From Pseudomonadales bacterium (lineage in GTDB: Bacteria; Patescibacteriota; Microgenomatia; UBA1400; PJMF01), in the NCBI GenBank assembly GCA_020632265.1, contig JACKFW010000001.1, forward strand, positions 465,892 through 529,891: a DNA stretch of 64,000 nt. The letters run 5' to 3'. Every line of letters begins with the position of its first letter. Position 1 is the stretch's first letter. Position numbers and translations under genes: made by a program. This document shows positions 1 to 8,910 of this stretch, in pieces. The notes under the pieces were generated by a model. That model saw only the letters and a program-made list of their open reading frames with translations, made no database searches and was not told where the DNA came from.

Positions 1-682
1 TCCAATGAACTTTAATTTTGGGATTATTTAAGACTCTCTCAATCATAATTTTACTAGCCTTAAATTGATCTCTTCGATGAACAATATGCACCTCAGAAGC
101 AAATTTTGCCAATGCCGTTGCCTCTTCCATAGCGCTATCTCCTCCACCAACAACATAAGTAATCTTTTCTTTGAAAAAAGCTGCATCACACACCGCACAT
201 GCACTGACTCCTTTTGCAAAAAATTCCTTTTCACCAGGAACATTCAGCATAATTGGTGAAGCGCCAGTAGCAATGATCACACTATCCGCCATAATGGCCG
301 GCTCATTTTGTTTAATCTTCTCAATTGCTTGAGTCATTTGATCTGAAGTTGCAGAATTGGCAAAATCTGCTGGATCTTGATCATTGGGAAGATTAGTCCA
401 AATTTTAAATGGCTTCTGGGAAAAATCAACGGCCGTCACATATTCGTCTTTAACGATAGTACCAAACTTCTGCGCCTGTTCACGCATACCAAACATTAAG
501 TCTGGACCCTGAATACCTTTGGAAAAACCTGCATAATTTTCAACCTCGGTGGTATTCATTAATTGACCCCCACTTTTCCAACCACCAAAAAGGATAGTTT
601 TCAGCTGAGCTCTAGAAGTATAAATTGCTGCAGAATAGCCTGCTGGACCCGAACCAATAATGACGATCTTTGATGTTTCCAT
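1..682 (-). CDS. trxB: thioredoxin-disulfide reductase (5' portion; 3' end runs off window)
   Basis: Minus-strand translation from ATG at complement 680-682 gives METSKIVIIGSGPAGYSAAIYTSRAQLKTILFGG... with a GSGPAG FAD-binding motif and a CAVCD redox-active disulfide. It is absent from the ORF track only because it has no stop within the window. The stop of trxA lies 2 nt upstream. Confidence 0.8.
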   Translation of the reverse strand, partial: METSKIVIIGSGPAGYSAAIYTSRAQLKTILFGGWKSGGQLMNTTEVENYAGFSKGIQGPDLMFGMREQAQKFGTIVKDEYVTAVDFSQKPFKIWTNLPNDQDPADFANSATSDQMTQAIEKIKQNEPAIMADSVIIATGASPIMLNVPGEKEFFAKGVSACAVCDAAFFKEKITYVVGGGDSAMEEATALAKFASEVHIVHRRDQFKASKIMIERVLNNPKIKVHW

Positions 683-683
683 T

Positions 684-1031
684 CTAGTTTTCTCCATCCA
701 TTGCATCTTTAATCATAGCCACATACCCATCTTTACCAGCAAATCCAATTTTTCTATCAACTTCTTGACCATTCACAAAAACAATCACAGTTGGAATACT
801 CATCACACCATGTTCAGCAGCAAGCTGATTTTGCTCATCAACATTTACTTTCGCAATCACTGCTTTGCCATCATACTCTACACCTAATTCTTCAATAATT
901 GGAGCTGCCAACTTGCATGGACCACACCACTCAGCATAGAAGTCTACCAAAACTGGCATTTTTGCTGCTTCATCAAGTGTTTTCTGAAAATCATTCTTAG
1001 TTAAATGGGCTACCCCTTTTGCATCTGTCAT
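684..1031 (-). CDS. trxA: thioredoxin
   Basis: 115 aa with the WCGPCK active site and a typical thioredoxin fold sequence. Confidence 0.9.
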   Translation of the reverse strand: MTDAKGVAHLTKNDFQKTLDEAAKMPVLVDFYAEWCGPCKLAAPIIEELGVEYDGKAVIAKVNVDEQNQLAAEHGVMSIPTVIVFVNGQEVDRKIGFAGKDGYVAMIKDAMDGEN

Positions 1032-1074
1032 AATTGACTCCTTATAATTAATATCTAAATACTTCCTTTAATAT

Positions 1075-1311
1075 CTAATATCTAAACACTTCTTTTAATA
1101 TTTCGTCCAATTCACCGATTTTTCTTTCTTTTGAACACCTGGTAGCTTCTCCTGATAATAAATCTCTTGAAACACGACCCAAAGAACTTCTTGCTGCAAT
1201 AACCTGACGAACTATATCCACACAACCTCTTTCTTCTTCATACATCCGTATAATTCCATCGAGTTGACCCCTAATTCTTTTGAGTTGAGTGATAACTTTA
1301 TCAGTTTCCAT
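1075..1311 (-). CDS. CsoR/RcnR/FrmR-family (DUF156) repressor, CstR-like (two Cys, no His ligands)
   Basis: 78 aa with a helical DUF156-like sequence (QLKRIRGQLDGIIRMYEEERGCVDIV...). Two Cys are spaced about 30 residues apart. It lacks the His of the metal-binding C-H-C triad and lacks His3 of RcnR/FrmR. Confidence 0.6.
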   Translation of the reverse strand: METDKVITQLKRIRGQLDGIIRMYEEERGCVDIVRQVIAARSSLGRVSRDLLSGEATRCSKERKIGELDEILKEVFRY

Positions 1312-1325
1312 GATTACATACTAGA

Positions 1326-1342
1326 ATACCCCTAGGGGGTAT
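1326..1342. promoter_or_regulatory. 17-bp perfect palindrome ATACCCC-TAG-GGGGTAT, candidate CsoR-family operator
   Basis: Perfect inverted repeat 15 bp upstream of the CsoR-family gene start. Operators of this family are GC-rich palindromes of the TACCC...GGGTA type. Confidence 0.55.
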
Positions 1343-1385
1343 AATTTGTCAATAGCAAAAAACTTAAAGAATATGTTATTGAAGA

Positions 1386-1775
1386 TTAATTTCCAGAAGC
1401 TGGTGAGGGAGTTTGTGATTGAGTTGAAGCTTGTGGAGGCATTGGAGCTGGCAATGGTTCTGGAGTCGAAACACTATTTGGTGGATTTACATCAGCGCCC
1501 ACAGTTGGAGTTGAAGTAACATTTGAATAATCACCAGTATTTCTAATAGGAGGTGGTGCCTCCATAGCATAACTTGGTGAAACCTCAGTAATTGGAGCAC
1601 CATTAACATTTGATCGATTATCGTTATTATCTTGTCTTCCAACTATTGGAGTACATCCACCAGCAAGTATCAATATAATCGCCATAAGCAATGGCTTGTA
1701 TTTATCAATAAATGGTGATAAGTGGATACTATAATCTATACCTTTTGGATTATCTTTATTGATTGTTCTACTCAT
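1386..1775 (-). CDS. hypothetical secreted/lipoprotein-like protein, Pro/Ser/Thr-rich
   Basis: 129 aa with an N-terminal hydrophobic segment containing Cys (LILAGGCTP) followed by a low-complexity P/S/T-rich tail. Confidence 0.45.
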   Translation of the reverse strand: MSRTINKDNPKGIDYSIHLSPFIDKYKPLLMAIILILAGGCTPIVGRQDNNDNRSNVNGAPITEVSPSYAMEAPPPIRNTGDYSNVTSTPTVGADVNPPNSVSTPEPLPAPMPPQASTQSQTPSPASGN

Positions 1776-1950
1776 TAGCTTAAAGCTCTCCTATTAAGAC
1801 GCTTAAATAAATATAAGTTATTTAAGTTGATCTCACAAGTTATAATATAAGTACAGAATAACATAGAGTCCTATAACTGTCAACTATTAACAAAAAAAAG
1901 CCATCACAGTTTCGCCCTCTATTCTAACAATTTAGTAAAAGTCTTAAACA

Positions 1951-3771
1951 TTATTTTTGTATTTTAACAATTTGTTTGAGTAAAAAATTTTGACGCTCTA
2001 GCTCATCTGGAGATTTATTATCTTTTTTATCTAGAAAACTAAGTTCTTTAGTAATTTGCGCTATTTGTTCTTTGACGATCATAGATTTAAGTTTTTTTAT
2101 CAATGTCGCCCATTCTTTTTCAATATTGATAGAGTTTAAACCATTTAATAAATTTTGATCTGAATAAATATCAAACAAAATCTCTTGAATATCTTCTGGT
2201 AATTTCGCTGTAAAAATTTTTAAATCAAAAATATTTTGGAATTTAACAAGTTGATTAATTATAAAATTGGCGCCACTTAGATTAAAAGAAATATCTTTCA
2301 AACTTTCAACTCGTTTTAATACTTTATTTGCAGAGGAGTGGAATAGTAAAAATAAAATATAATTCTCCAATTTTGCTCTTGGATCAAAATTGATTGTATC
2401 TTTTTCTGGCTTCTGAGTTTCGGAATTTTGAGTTTTCTTAAACTGCTGTTTATTTTTAAATTCATCGATATCTTCTTTAACACTGCTTGTTTTAACATCT
2501 AGTTGTTTAGCCAAGAATTTGATGTAATGTTCGAGAACAACTGCATGCTCAATTTCTGATAAAACAGGCGCAAGCTCTTTGATAATTGCTCTTTTTCCCT
2601 CTGGCTTTGTAGCATCATGTTGTTTTAGAGATGCTCTAATTAAAAATTCATGCGCTGGAATAGAAGCCTTAACTGCATCTCGCCATTTCTTAGGATTTGA
2701 TTTAATAAGCTCATCAGGATCCTTGCCATCTGGGATAACTACCACCCTAAGTTCGAGATCGGTTTCTTTCAAAGAGATAATTGCTTTTTTTGTGGCGTTA
2801 ACACCCGCTTCATCTGTGTCAAGTGATAACAAAACTTTTTCGACTGTACGTTTGAGCAACCTAGCATGATCAATAGTTAAAGCTGAACCTTTAATAGCCA
2901 CAATTGAATTCATATGGGCCTGAACTGAAGAAATCACATCAAACTCACCTTCTACAACTACAACTTGCTTTGAAGTTCTAATTTGTTGGTATAGTTCACT
3001 AAAACCAAAAAGCATTTTACTTTTGTGATAGAGAGCAGTTTCGGGAGAATTAATATATTTAGCATCTTTTTCATTACCAGCAAGAATTCTTCCAGAAAAA
3101 CCAACAGTCCTACCTCTATGATCATTCAGAGGAAAAATGATTCTACTTCTAAAACGATCATAATAACGACCATTTTTACTTTTAATAATCAGTCCAGCAT
3201 CAAAAAGCAACTGAAGATCATACTTCTTTTTTTTATGCAAATAATTGATTAGTCCATCCCAAGTTGGTAATGAATACCCTATCTGAAAAATTTTTATTGA
3301 TTCTTTGGTTACTAAGCGGTTTTTCAAATATTCTCTAGCAACTGCCCCAACTTCATGATCTGTTAATAAAAAATGATAATATTGCTTTGCCATACTCAAA
3401 ACTTCTAATATCATTTCGCGTCTAATATCATCGCTGGACTTGGTAAATTTTTGTAACACAATGCCGGCTCGTTTTGCTAAATCTTCTAAAGCTTCTACAA
3501 ATGTCATGCCGTCATATTTTTCCAAAAATGTGATCACATCCCCACTCTCACCACAACCAAAACATTTATAACGTTGCAAATTTTCATCAACAAAAAACGA
3601 TGGACTTTTTTCTGAATGAAAAGGACAAAGACCTCTCATGTAACTTCCGGATCTTTGTAATGAAAGCCTTGATCCAATTATCTCAACAATGTCACTCGCC
3701 TCTTTGACCTGCTGAATTTGTGACATATTTTCCATACCTCTCTTGGATAGTATTACCCCAATTTTAACCAA
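1951..3771 (-). CDS. dnaG: DNA primase
   Basis: 606 aa with an N-terminal CHC2 zinc finger (CPFHSEKSPSF, CFGCG) and a Toprim core (VVVVEGEFD, DTDEAG). Confidence 0.9.
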   Translation of the reverse strand: MVKIGVILSKRGMENMSQIQQVKEASDIVEIIGSRLSLQRSGSYMRGLCPFHSEKSPSFFVDENLQRYKCFGCGESGDVITFLEKYDGMTFVEALEDLAKRAGIVLQKFTKSSDDIRREMILEVLSMAKQYYHFLLTDHEVGAVAREYLKNRLVTKESIKIFQIGYSLPTWDGLINYLHKKKKYDLQLLFDAGLIIKSKNGRYYDRFRSRIIFPLNDHRGRTVGFSGRILAGNEKDAKYINSPETALYHKSKMLFGFSELYQQIRTSKQVVVVEGEFDVISSVQAHMNSIVAIKGSALTIDHARLLKRTVEKVLLSLDTDEAGVNATKKAIISLKETDLELRVVVIPDGKDPDELIKSNPKKWRDAVKASIPAHEFLIRASLKQHDATKPEGKRAIIKELAPVLSEIEHAVVLEHYIKFLAKQLDVKTSSVKEDIDEFKNKQQFKKTQNSETQKPEKDTINFDPRAKLENYILFLLFHSSANKVLKRVESLKDISFNLSGANFIINQLVKFQNIFDLKIFTAKLPEDIQEILFDIYSDQNLLNGLNSINIEKEWATLIKKLKSMIVKEQIAQITKELSFLDKKDNKSPDELERQNFLLKQIVKIQK

Positions 3772-3832
3772 AACTTCATCATTTTAGTAGTGCAAAATTC
3801 CAGATAAAGAATGTAGTCTAATAAAAGGAAAT

Positions 3833-5491
3833 TTGAACATGAATTTTAATAATTTAATAAAAAAAAACTATCCATTAATTTTTTTAGTTATATTTTTTTC
3901 TCTCTTTTATTTCAACTATATAATATTGCCAATTGCAGATTTGGGCAGACACATAATCAATGGTCAAGAAATCCTAAAAGGAAATTTTCAAGTTTTAAAT
4001 GAAAATTATTATTCTTATACTGAGCCAAATTTTCAATTTCCCAATCACCATTGGCTATTTGGAGTTATAGCATATTTAGTTCAACAAACCAGTGGATTTT
4101 CTGGTCTAACCCTACTCAACGCATCCTTTTATATACTAGCTTTTATTTTTAGCTTAGTTTTAGCTAAAAAGAAATCAAGCTTAAATTTCACACTCATTGC
4201 AGGAATTTTGGCAATGCCTCTCATTACAAGTCGTAGCGAAGTAAGACCTGAGTCAATCAGCTTGTTTATGTTTAGTGCATTCCATTACCTATTTTATCTA
4301 ATTTCACAAAATTTTGAAAATTTGAACAATAAAAAAATATTCAGAAAGGTTAATTATCAAGAACTGCAATTACTCATAATTTTTGTAGTACTTTTCTTGG
4401 GTCAAATTGTTTGGACAAATTCGCATCTTTTCTTTATTTTTGGACCACTCATATCGGGCATGTATTTATTAAACGAAATATTTATCACAGTTTTTACAAA
4501 AAAATCTAAAAACATATTTACCAAAGAAGTTCAGTTTTATCTCCTAATTACTTGCGCACTTCTCTTTACAACACTGATAAACCCACATGGATTAGAAGGT
4601 AGCTTGAGTCCATTTCATATTTTTGATAACTACAACTACAGAGTTGCAGAGAATCAATCAGTTTGGTTTATGATCAAAATTAAAAACAATATTTTCAAAT
4701 ATTACTATTTTGTTTTTTTAACAATCTTGGGATTAGCAACTTTTTTTTATAAAGACAAAGAAGCAAAAAGTCTTAAGATTTTAAAAGATAAAGATATAAT
4801 TGTGTCAATTCTTTCATTTTTTATTTTTGGACTATTATTTTTATTTATTAATAGAGCTTCATCATTTTTTGGAATAGTTTTTATTCCCATTGTTGCAAAA
4901 AATCTTTTGCATTTATTTCAAAATAATAAAAAACAAATTATACAATTATTAAACAAAAATATATTCTTAATGATTTTTTCACCAATATTTATTGGACTTT
5001 CAATTTTACTAGCATCAAAAAATGTGTTACTACCTAAGATTAGTAATATTGGAATTGGACTTGCTCCGCAAAGCAATAATTCCGTAAATTTTTTTATTAA
5101 CGAAAAATTATCGGGTCCAATTTTTAATAACTATGATTTGGGTGGATTTTTAATTTATCATTTATTTCCAAATCAAAAAATATTTATTGATAATAGACCG
5201 GAGTCATATTCTACGGATTTTATTAGCAATATTTACATTAAAGCTCAAGAGGATGAAAAAGTATGGCAAGAAGTATCAAATGATTATGGCTTTGAAACAA
5301 TCTATTTTTTTAGATTAGATATGACCGATTGGGCACAAGGATTTCTAAATCGAAGGATTAATGATCCAGAATGGATACCAGTATATGTTGATTTATATTC
5401 ACTTATTTTAGTAAAAAATGATGATGTTAACCAACAAATTATTGAAAATTTTGCACTACCTAATGAAATATTTTCTTATAAAGAACTTTAG
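3833..5491 (+). CDS. polytopic membrane protein, possible GT-C type glycosyltransferase
   Basis: 552 aa, extremely hydrophobic, with many predicted TM helices and a C-terminal soluble region. No specific motif was recognised. Confidence 0.35.
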   Translation: MNMNFNNLIKKNYPLIFLVIFFSLFYFNYIILPIADLGRHIINGQEILKGNFQVLNENYYSYTEPNFQFPNHHWLFGVIAYLVQQTSGFSGLTLLNASFYILAFIFSLVLAKKKSSLNFTLIAGILAMPLITSRSEVRPESISLFMFSAFHYLFYLISQNFENLNNKKIFRKVNYQELQLLIIFVVLFLGQIVWTNSHLFFIFGPLISGMYLLNEIFITVFTKKSKNIFTKEVQFYLLITCALLFTTLINPHGLEGSLSPFHIFDNYNYRVAENQSVWFMIKIKNNIFKYYYFVFLTILGLATFFYKDKEAKSLKILKDKDIIVSILSFFIFGLLFLFINRASSFFGIVFIPIVAKNLLHLFQNNKKQIIQLLNKNIFLMIFSPIFIGLSILLASKNVLLPKISNIGIGLAPQSNNSVNFFINEKLSGPIFNNYDLGGFLIYHLFPNQKIFIDNRPESYSTDFISNIYIKAQEDEKVWQEVSNDYGFETIYFFRLDMTDWAQGFLNRRINDPEWIPVYVDLYSLILVKNDDVNQQIIENFALPNEIFSYKEL

Positions 5492-5504
5492 TAAATAAAC
5501 AAGA

Positions 5505-5625
5505 AATTCTAGATCTCGAATTATTAAAACTATCTAGATCTGAATATATTTAGCACAAACTAGCAATGAATTTAGTCGATAATAAATCTAGCCCCAATGA
5601 ATTTAATCGACAATAAATCTAATGA
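5505..5625. repeat. two pairs of short direct repeats upstream of the iron permease gene
   Basis: tctagatctcgaa / atctagatctgaa at about 5510 and 5533. aatgaatttagtcgataataaatctag / aatgaatttaatcgacaataaatctaatg at 5565-5624. They contain GATAATAAATC, which is weakly Fur-box-like. Confidence 0.4.
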
Positions 5626-5766
5626 AGCAAGATAATAAGGTTACAAAATATGTGAGACTTTTGTAAACAATACTGAACTATAATAATAAAACATAATTTT
5701 CCAATAATAATGTTACAATCATAACTTGGCAATAAATTAACAAATTACCAAAGCAACAATTTACAA

Positions 5767-6687
5767 ATGTTTCCAAATTTCATAATTACCTTTAGAGAAA
5801 CCCTTGAAGCAACCTTAATAATTGGAATCGTTTTAAGTTTTCTTGCAAACACAAAACAAACAGCATACAATAATTCGGTTTTTCTTGGGTCAATTTTTGG
5901 AGTGATTGCCAGTTTGATTGGTGCCATAATATTTTCTACACTTGCAAATGGATTTTCTGGAGAAACTGAACAAATATTTGAAGGCATAACAATGATCTTC
6001 TCATCGACTTTAATTGCCACAATGATAATTTGGATGCAACATCAAAATGATATTGCCAAAAATTTAACAAAAAAAATTGCTCAAAAAATTGAACTTGCCA
6101 AAACAGTTGGAATTCCTATAAAGATTTATTTTGGTTGTACAATTGGAATTTTTAAGAAAATCAGTTCAGCCAAATCCATTGAATTTACCAAAAAAATTGA
6201 AATTTTTTTTCTGATATTTTTTGCAATACTTAGAGAAGGAATTGAAATTGTTTTATTCTTATCTACAATTAATTTAACTTCAAGAACATCCCATTTTTGG
6301 GCAAGCTTGAGTGGAATACTTATAGCTATAATAATTGGATACGCAGTATTTGCATCAAGCACAAAAATTAATGTTAAGTTATTTTTTAGACTTTCTACTG
6401 TTATTTTAATCCTATTCGGTGCAGGACTTTTTGCACATGGCATCCATGAACTACAAGATGCAAGGTTAATTCCAACTATTATAAAAGAAACTTGGGATAT
6501 AAATCCTAAAGTTACAACAAGCGAATCATACCCAATCCTTCACGAGAAAGGCTTTGTTGGCAATTTTCTTAAAGAGCTTTTTGGCTACAACGCCAATCCA
6601 TCATTACTAGAAAGTTTGGGTTACATAACTTATCTAACAGCTTTTTGGTTAATTTTAAAAAATCAAAATAAAAAAATAATTAAATAA
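5767..6687 (+). CDS. FTR1/EfeU-family high-affinity iron permease
   Basis: 306 aa polytopic protein with two RExxE motifs (RETLEA near the N-terminus and REGIEIV mid-protein), which are diagnostic of the FTR1 family. Confidence 0.65.
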   Translation: MFPNFIITFRETLEATLIIGIVLSFLANTKQTAYNNSVFLGSIFGVIASLIGAIIFSTLANGFSGETEQIFEGITMIFSSTLIATMIIWMQHQNDIAKNLTKKIAQKIELAKTVGIPIKIYFGCTIGIFKKISSAKSIEFTKKIEIFFLIFFAILREGIEIVLFLSTINLTSRTSHFWASLSGILIAIIIGYAVFASSTKINVKLFFRLSTVILILFGAGLFAHGIHELQDARLIPTIIKETWDINPKVTTSESYPILHEKGFVGNFLKELFGYNANPSLLESLGYITYLTAFWLILKNQNKKIIK

Positions 6688-6723
6688 TATTCTAACTCAA
6701 CTTCAAAAAAAATTAACTGTATA

Positions 6724-7107
6724 ATGAAAAAAATGAAAAACTATAAAAATGAAAAAATAGCCATTGTGGGTGTTTCACAAAATCAAGAAAAGTATGGACA
6801 CAAAATATTTAGAGATTTGATTCAAGCCAATTATAATGTATTAGGTATTAATCCAAAAGAAAAATTGATTTTAGGACAAACAATTTATCCAGATTTAGAT
6901 AGTCTGCCTTACATTCCGAATTTAGTGATTCTTGTTGTTCCACCAAAAATATCTTTAGAAATCTTAAATGAATGCGCTGTGTTAGGAATCAAAAAAGTAT
7001 GGCTTCAACCTGGTGCTGAATCTAGCGAAGCAATCATATTTGCCAAAAATAATAACATAAATTTATCAGTAAATTTATGTTTTATGGCTGAACAAGATCT
7101 CTGGTAG
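6724..7107 (+). CDS. CoA-binding domain protein (YccU/YneT-like)
   Basis: 127 aa with the (K)IAIVGVS...YG...NPK...G...Y..L pattern of the CoA_binding_2 family. Confidence 0.55.
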   Translation: MKKMKNYKNEKIAIVGVSQNQEKYGHKIFRDLIQANYNVLGINPKEKLILGQTIYPDLDSLPYIPNLVILVVPPKISLEILNECAVLGIKKVWLQPGAESSEAIIFAKNNNINLSVNLCFMAEQDLW

Positions 7108-7603
7108 ATTTCAATTTAAAAAACTGATTTGCATAAATTAATTTAAAAACTGATTTTATCGCAACAAATCCATATCCAAAAAATAAATCACCAATGAGTG
7201 TGTTCCTATAAAAAGGTATTGCTAACACATAACATGCTATCAATCCTGAAATTGAGTGTGGATATCTATACCACCAAACTCCAAAATTAGAAATAATAAA
7301 AAATGAAAAAGATGCAAAAGGCAATAAAAATATCTGTAATTTTTGGGTTTTAGCTAATTTCCCAAATAACCAATAACTAAAAAAACCAAAATAAGTAAAT
7401 ATAAATCCCGAATAAAATCCTCCTTTGAAAAAATCAAAGACTAAAATAGTTAGAAAATATAGAAATATATTTTGACCAAAAAAACCATAGCTTCCAAGAA
7501 CTGAAATATTCGGCGCAAAAAAACCAAATCTTGAAAAAAACACAAATATCGCAAAAATTATTTTAAAAAAAGGTTTGTTTTTGTAACTATTTAATTTCTT
7601 CAT
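7082..7603 (-). CDS. small polytopic membrane protein, possible ECF-type substrate-binding (S) component
   Basis: 173 aa with about 5 hydrophobic helices. It is overlapped and translationally coupled with the upstream DUF4430 gene. Confidence 0.3.
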   Translation of the reverse strand: MKKLNSYKNKPFFKIIFAIFVFFSRFGFFAPNISVLGSYGFFGQNIFLYFLTILVFDFFKGGFYSGFIFTYFGFFSYWLFGKLAKTQKLQIFLLPFASFSFFIISNFGVWWYRYPHSISGLIACYVLAIPFYRNTLIGDLFFGYGFVAIKSVFKLIYANQFFKLKSTRDLVQP

Positions 7604-8114
7604 ATCGCCACTCTACTAAATCACCTTTTTTTAAATCTGTTTTGTCGGCACCGGTTGGTGATTTTTCACCATTAACATAGAGTGCCCAAAAATGATTTTC
7701 ATCACCAATTATTCCATTAATAGAATTTACAAAAACACCAAAATCATATTGCTTAAATTCAATGTCTGCATTAATTTGTAATAAACTAAATGCATTATCG
7801 CCAGTATTTTCGGCAACGTATGTTATTGATTCAATTTCATTTGGTTCATCGATTGAATTCAATTCCATGTTGGAATCCAATTCCATGCTAGAATCCAAAT
7901 CCATGTTTTCTGAAAAATCATCAATTATTTGGGAGTCAGATCCAGGATTTGAAGTATTATCCGAATTATTCTTTGTTTCTTCTGCTTGCCTCTGATTTGG
8001 AGCAATTTTTTCAGCATTTTTGATAAATCCATATTTACCCAAAATTGAGTTTGCTAAAACCAATATTAACAAAATGATTACTAAAATAACAAATTTTGAT
8101 GCTAATTTTTTCAT
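7587..8114 (-). CDS. secreted DUF4430 (transcobalamin-like) domain protein
   Basis: 175 aa with a signal peptide. The C-terminal 90 aa (FSLLQINADIEFKQYDFGVFVNSINGIIGDENHFWALYVNGEKSPTGADKTDLKKGDLVEWRY) matches the DUF4430 pattern. Confidence 0.5.
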   Translation of the reverse strand: MKKLASKFVILVIILLILVLANSILGKYGFIKNAEKIAPNQRQAEETKNNSDNTSNPGSDSQIIDDFSENMDLDSSMELDSNMELNSIDEPNEIESITYVAENTGDNAFSLLQINADIEFKQYDFGVFVNSINGIIGDENHFWALYVNGEKSPTGADKTDLKKGDLVEWRYEEIK

Positions 8115-8158
8115 ATTTTTTTGTGTCTTCTATATTTTATTAATCTAGATCAAAAATG

Positions 8159-8243
8159 CGGAGGCAGTGGGATTCGGACCCACGAACCGGAAACCCGGTC
8201 AAGGTTAGCAACCTTGTGCAATTGGCCACTATGCGATGCCTCC
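8159..8243 (-). tRNA. tRNA-Ser (anticodon GCT)
   Basis: Manual fold gives acceptor GGAGGCA/TGCCTCC, anticodon stem CAAGG/CCTTG, loop TTGCTAA and a long variable arm. No CCA is encoded. Confidence 0.7.
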
Positions 8244-8310
8244 AATTAGTGTGAGAATTATAACATCGCTAAGTGTGCACTTCTAGAGGAGTTGTGAGAT
8301 AATACAAATT

Positions 8311-8790
8311 ATGTCTACTGATCAACGAATATTAGAAAAAAGAATGCGCCCTGGAGTAAAAGCACTGATTGTACATGACAATAAAATACTTTTAATTCAT
8401 GAGAATGTAATGAGAAACGGTCGTCCGGTTGAAATAACAGATTTTCCTGGTGGTGGGGTTGAGTTTGGAGAAGATTTAATACTTGCTCTGAAAAGAGAAG
8501 TTTTTGAAGAAGTTGGTCTACGAATTTCTGTAAAAAAAGTTGTTGGAGCATGGGATTTTGTTTTAGGTAAAATCGATCATGATAACCCAGAAAAAAGTGG
8601 TGTACATATCGTTTGCATTGGATACCAATGCAGTCTTTTAGGAGAACCAACTATTAATGTCAAAAATAATCCTGCAAAAGAAGACATTTATGATGCGCGT
8701 TGGTATACAGTAGAAGAATTATTAACTAACAATGAAAAATTGCTTGGTCATAAAGGAATGGTGCGAGCAGTTCAAAATTTAAATCTCTAA
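8311..8790 (+). CDS. NUDIX hydrolase
   Basis: 159 aa with the Nudix box GGGVEFGEDLILALKREVFEEVGL. Confidence 0.8.
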   Translation: MSTDQRILEKRMRPGVKALIVHDNKILLIHENVMRNGRPVEITDFPGGGVEFGEDLILALKREVFEEVGLRISVKKVVGAWDFVLGKIDHDNPEKSGVHIVCIGYQCSLLGEPTINVKNNPAKEDIYDARWYTVEELLTNNEKLLGHKGMVRAVQNLNL

Positions 8791-8824
8791 AAGCTCTGTT
8801 ATAATAATTCTTTATCGTTCAGGA

Positions 8825-8910
8825 GGAGGTGTCGCATAGTGGTCAATTGCACACGCCTGGAAAGCGTGATCCTTATGGATTCAAGGGTTCGAATCCCTTC
8901 ACCTCCGCCA
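8825..8910 (+). tRNA. tRNA-Ser (anticodon GGA)
   Basis: Acceptor GGAGGTG/CACCTCC, anticodon stem CACGC/GCGTG, loop CTGGAAA, long variable arm, T-arm AAGGGTTCGAATCCCTT and an encoded CCA. Its last 20 nt recur at 21791-21810. Confidence 0.75.
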
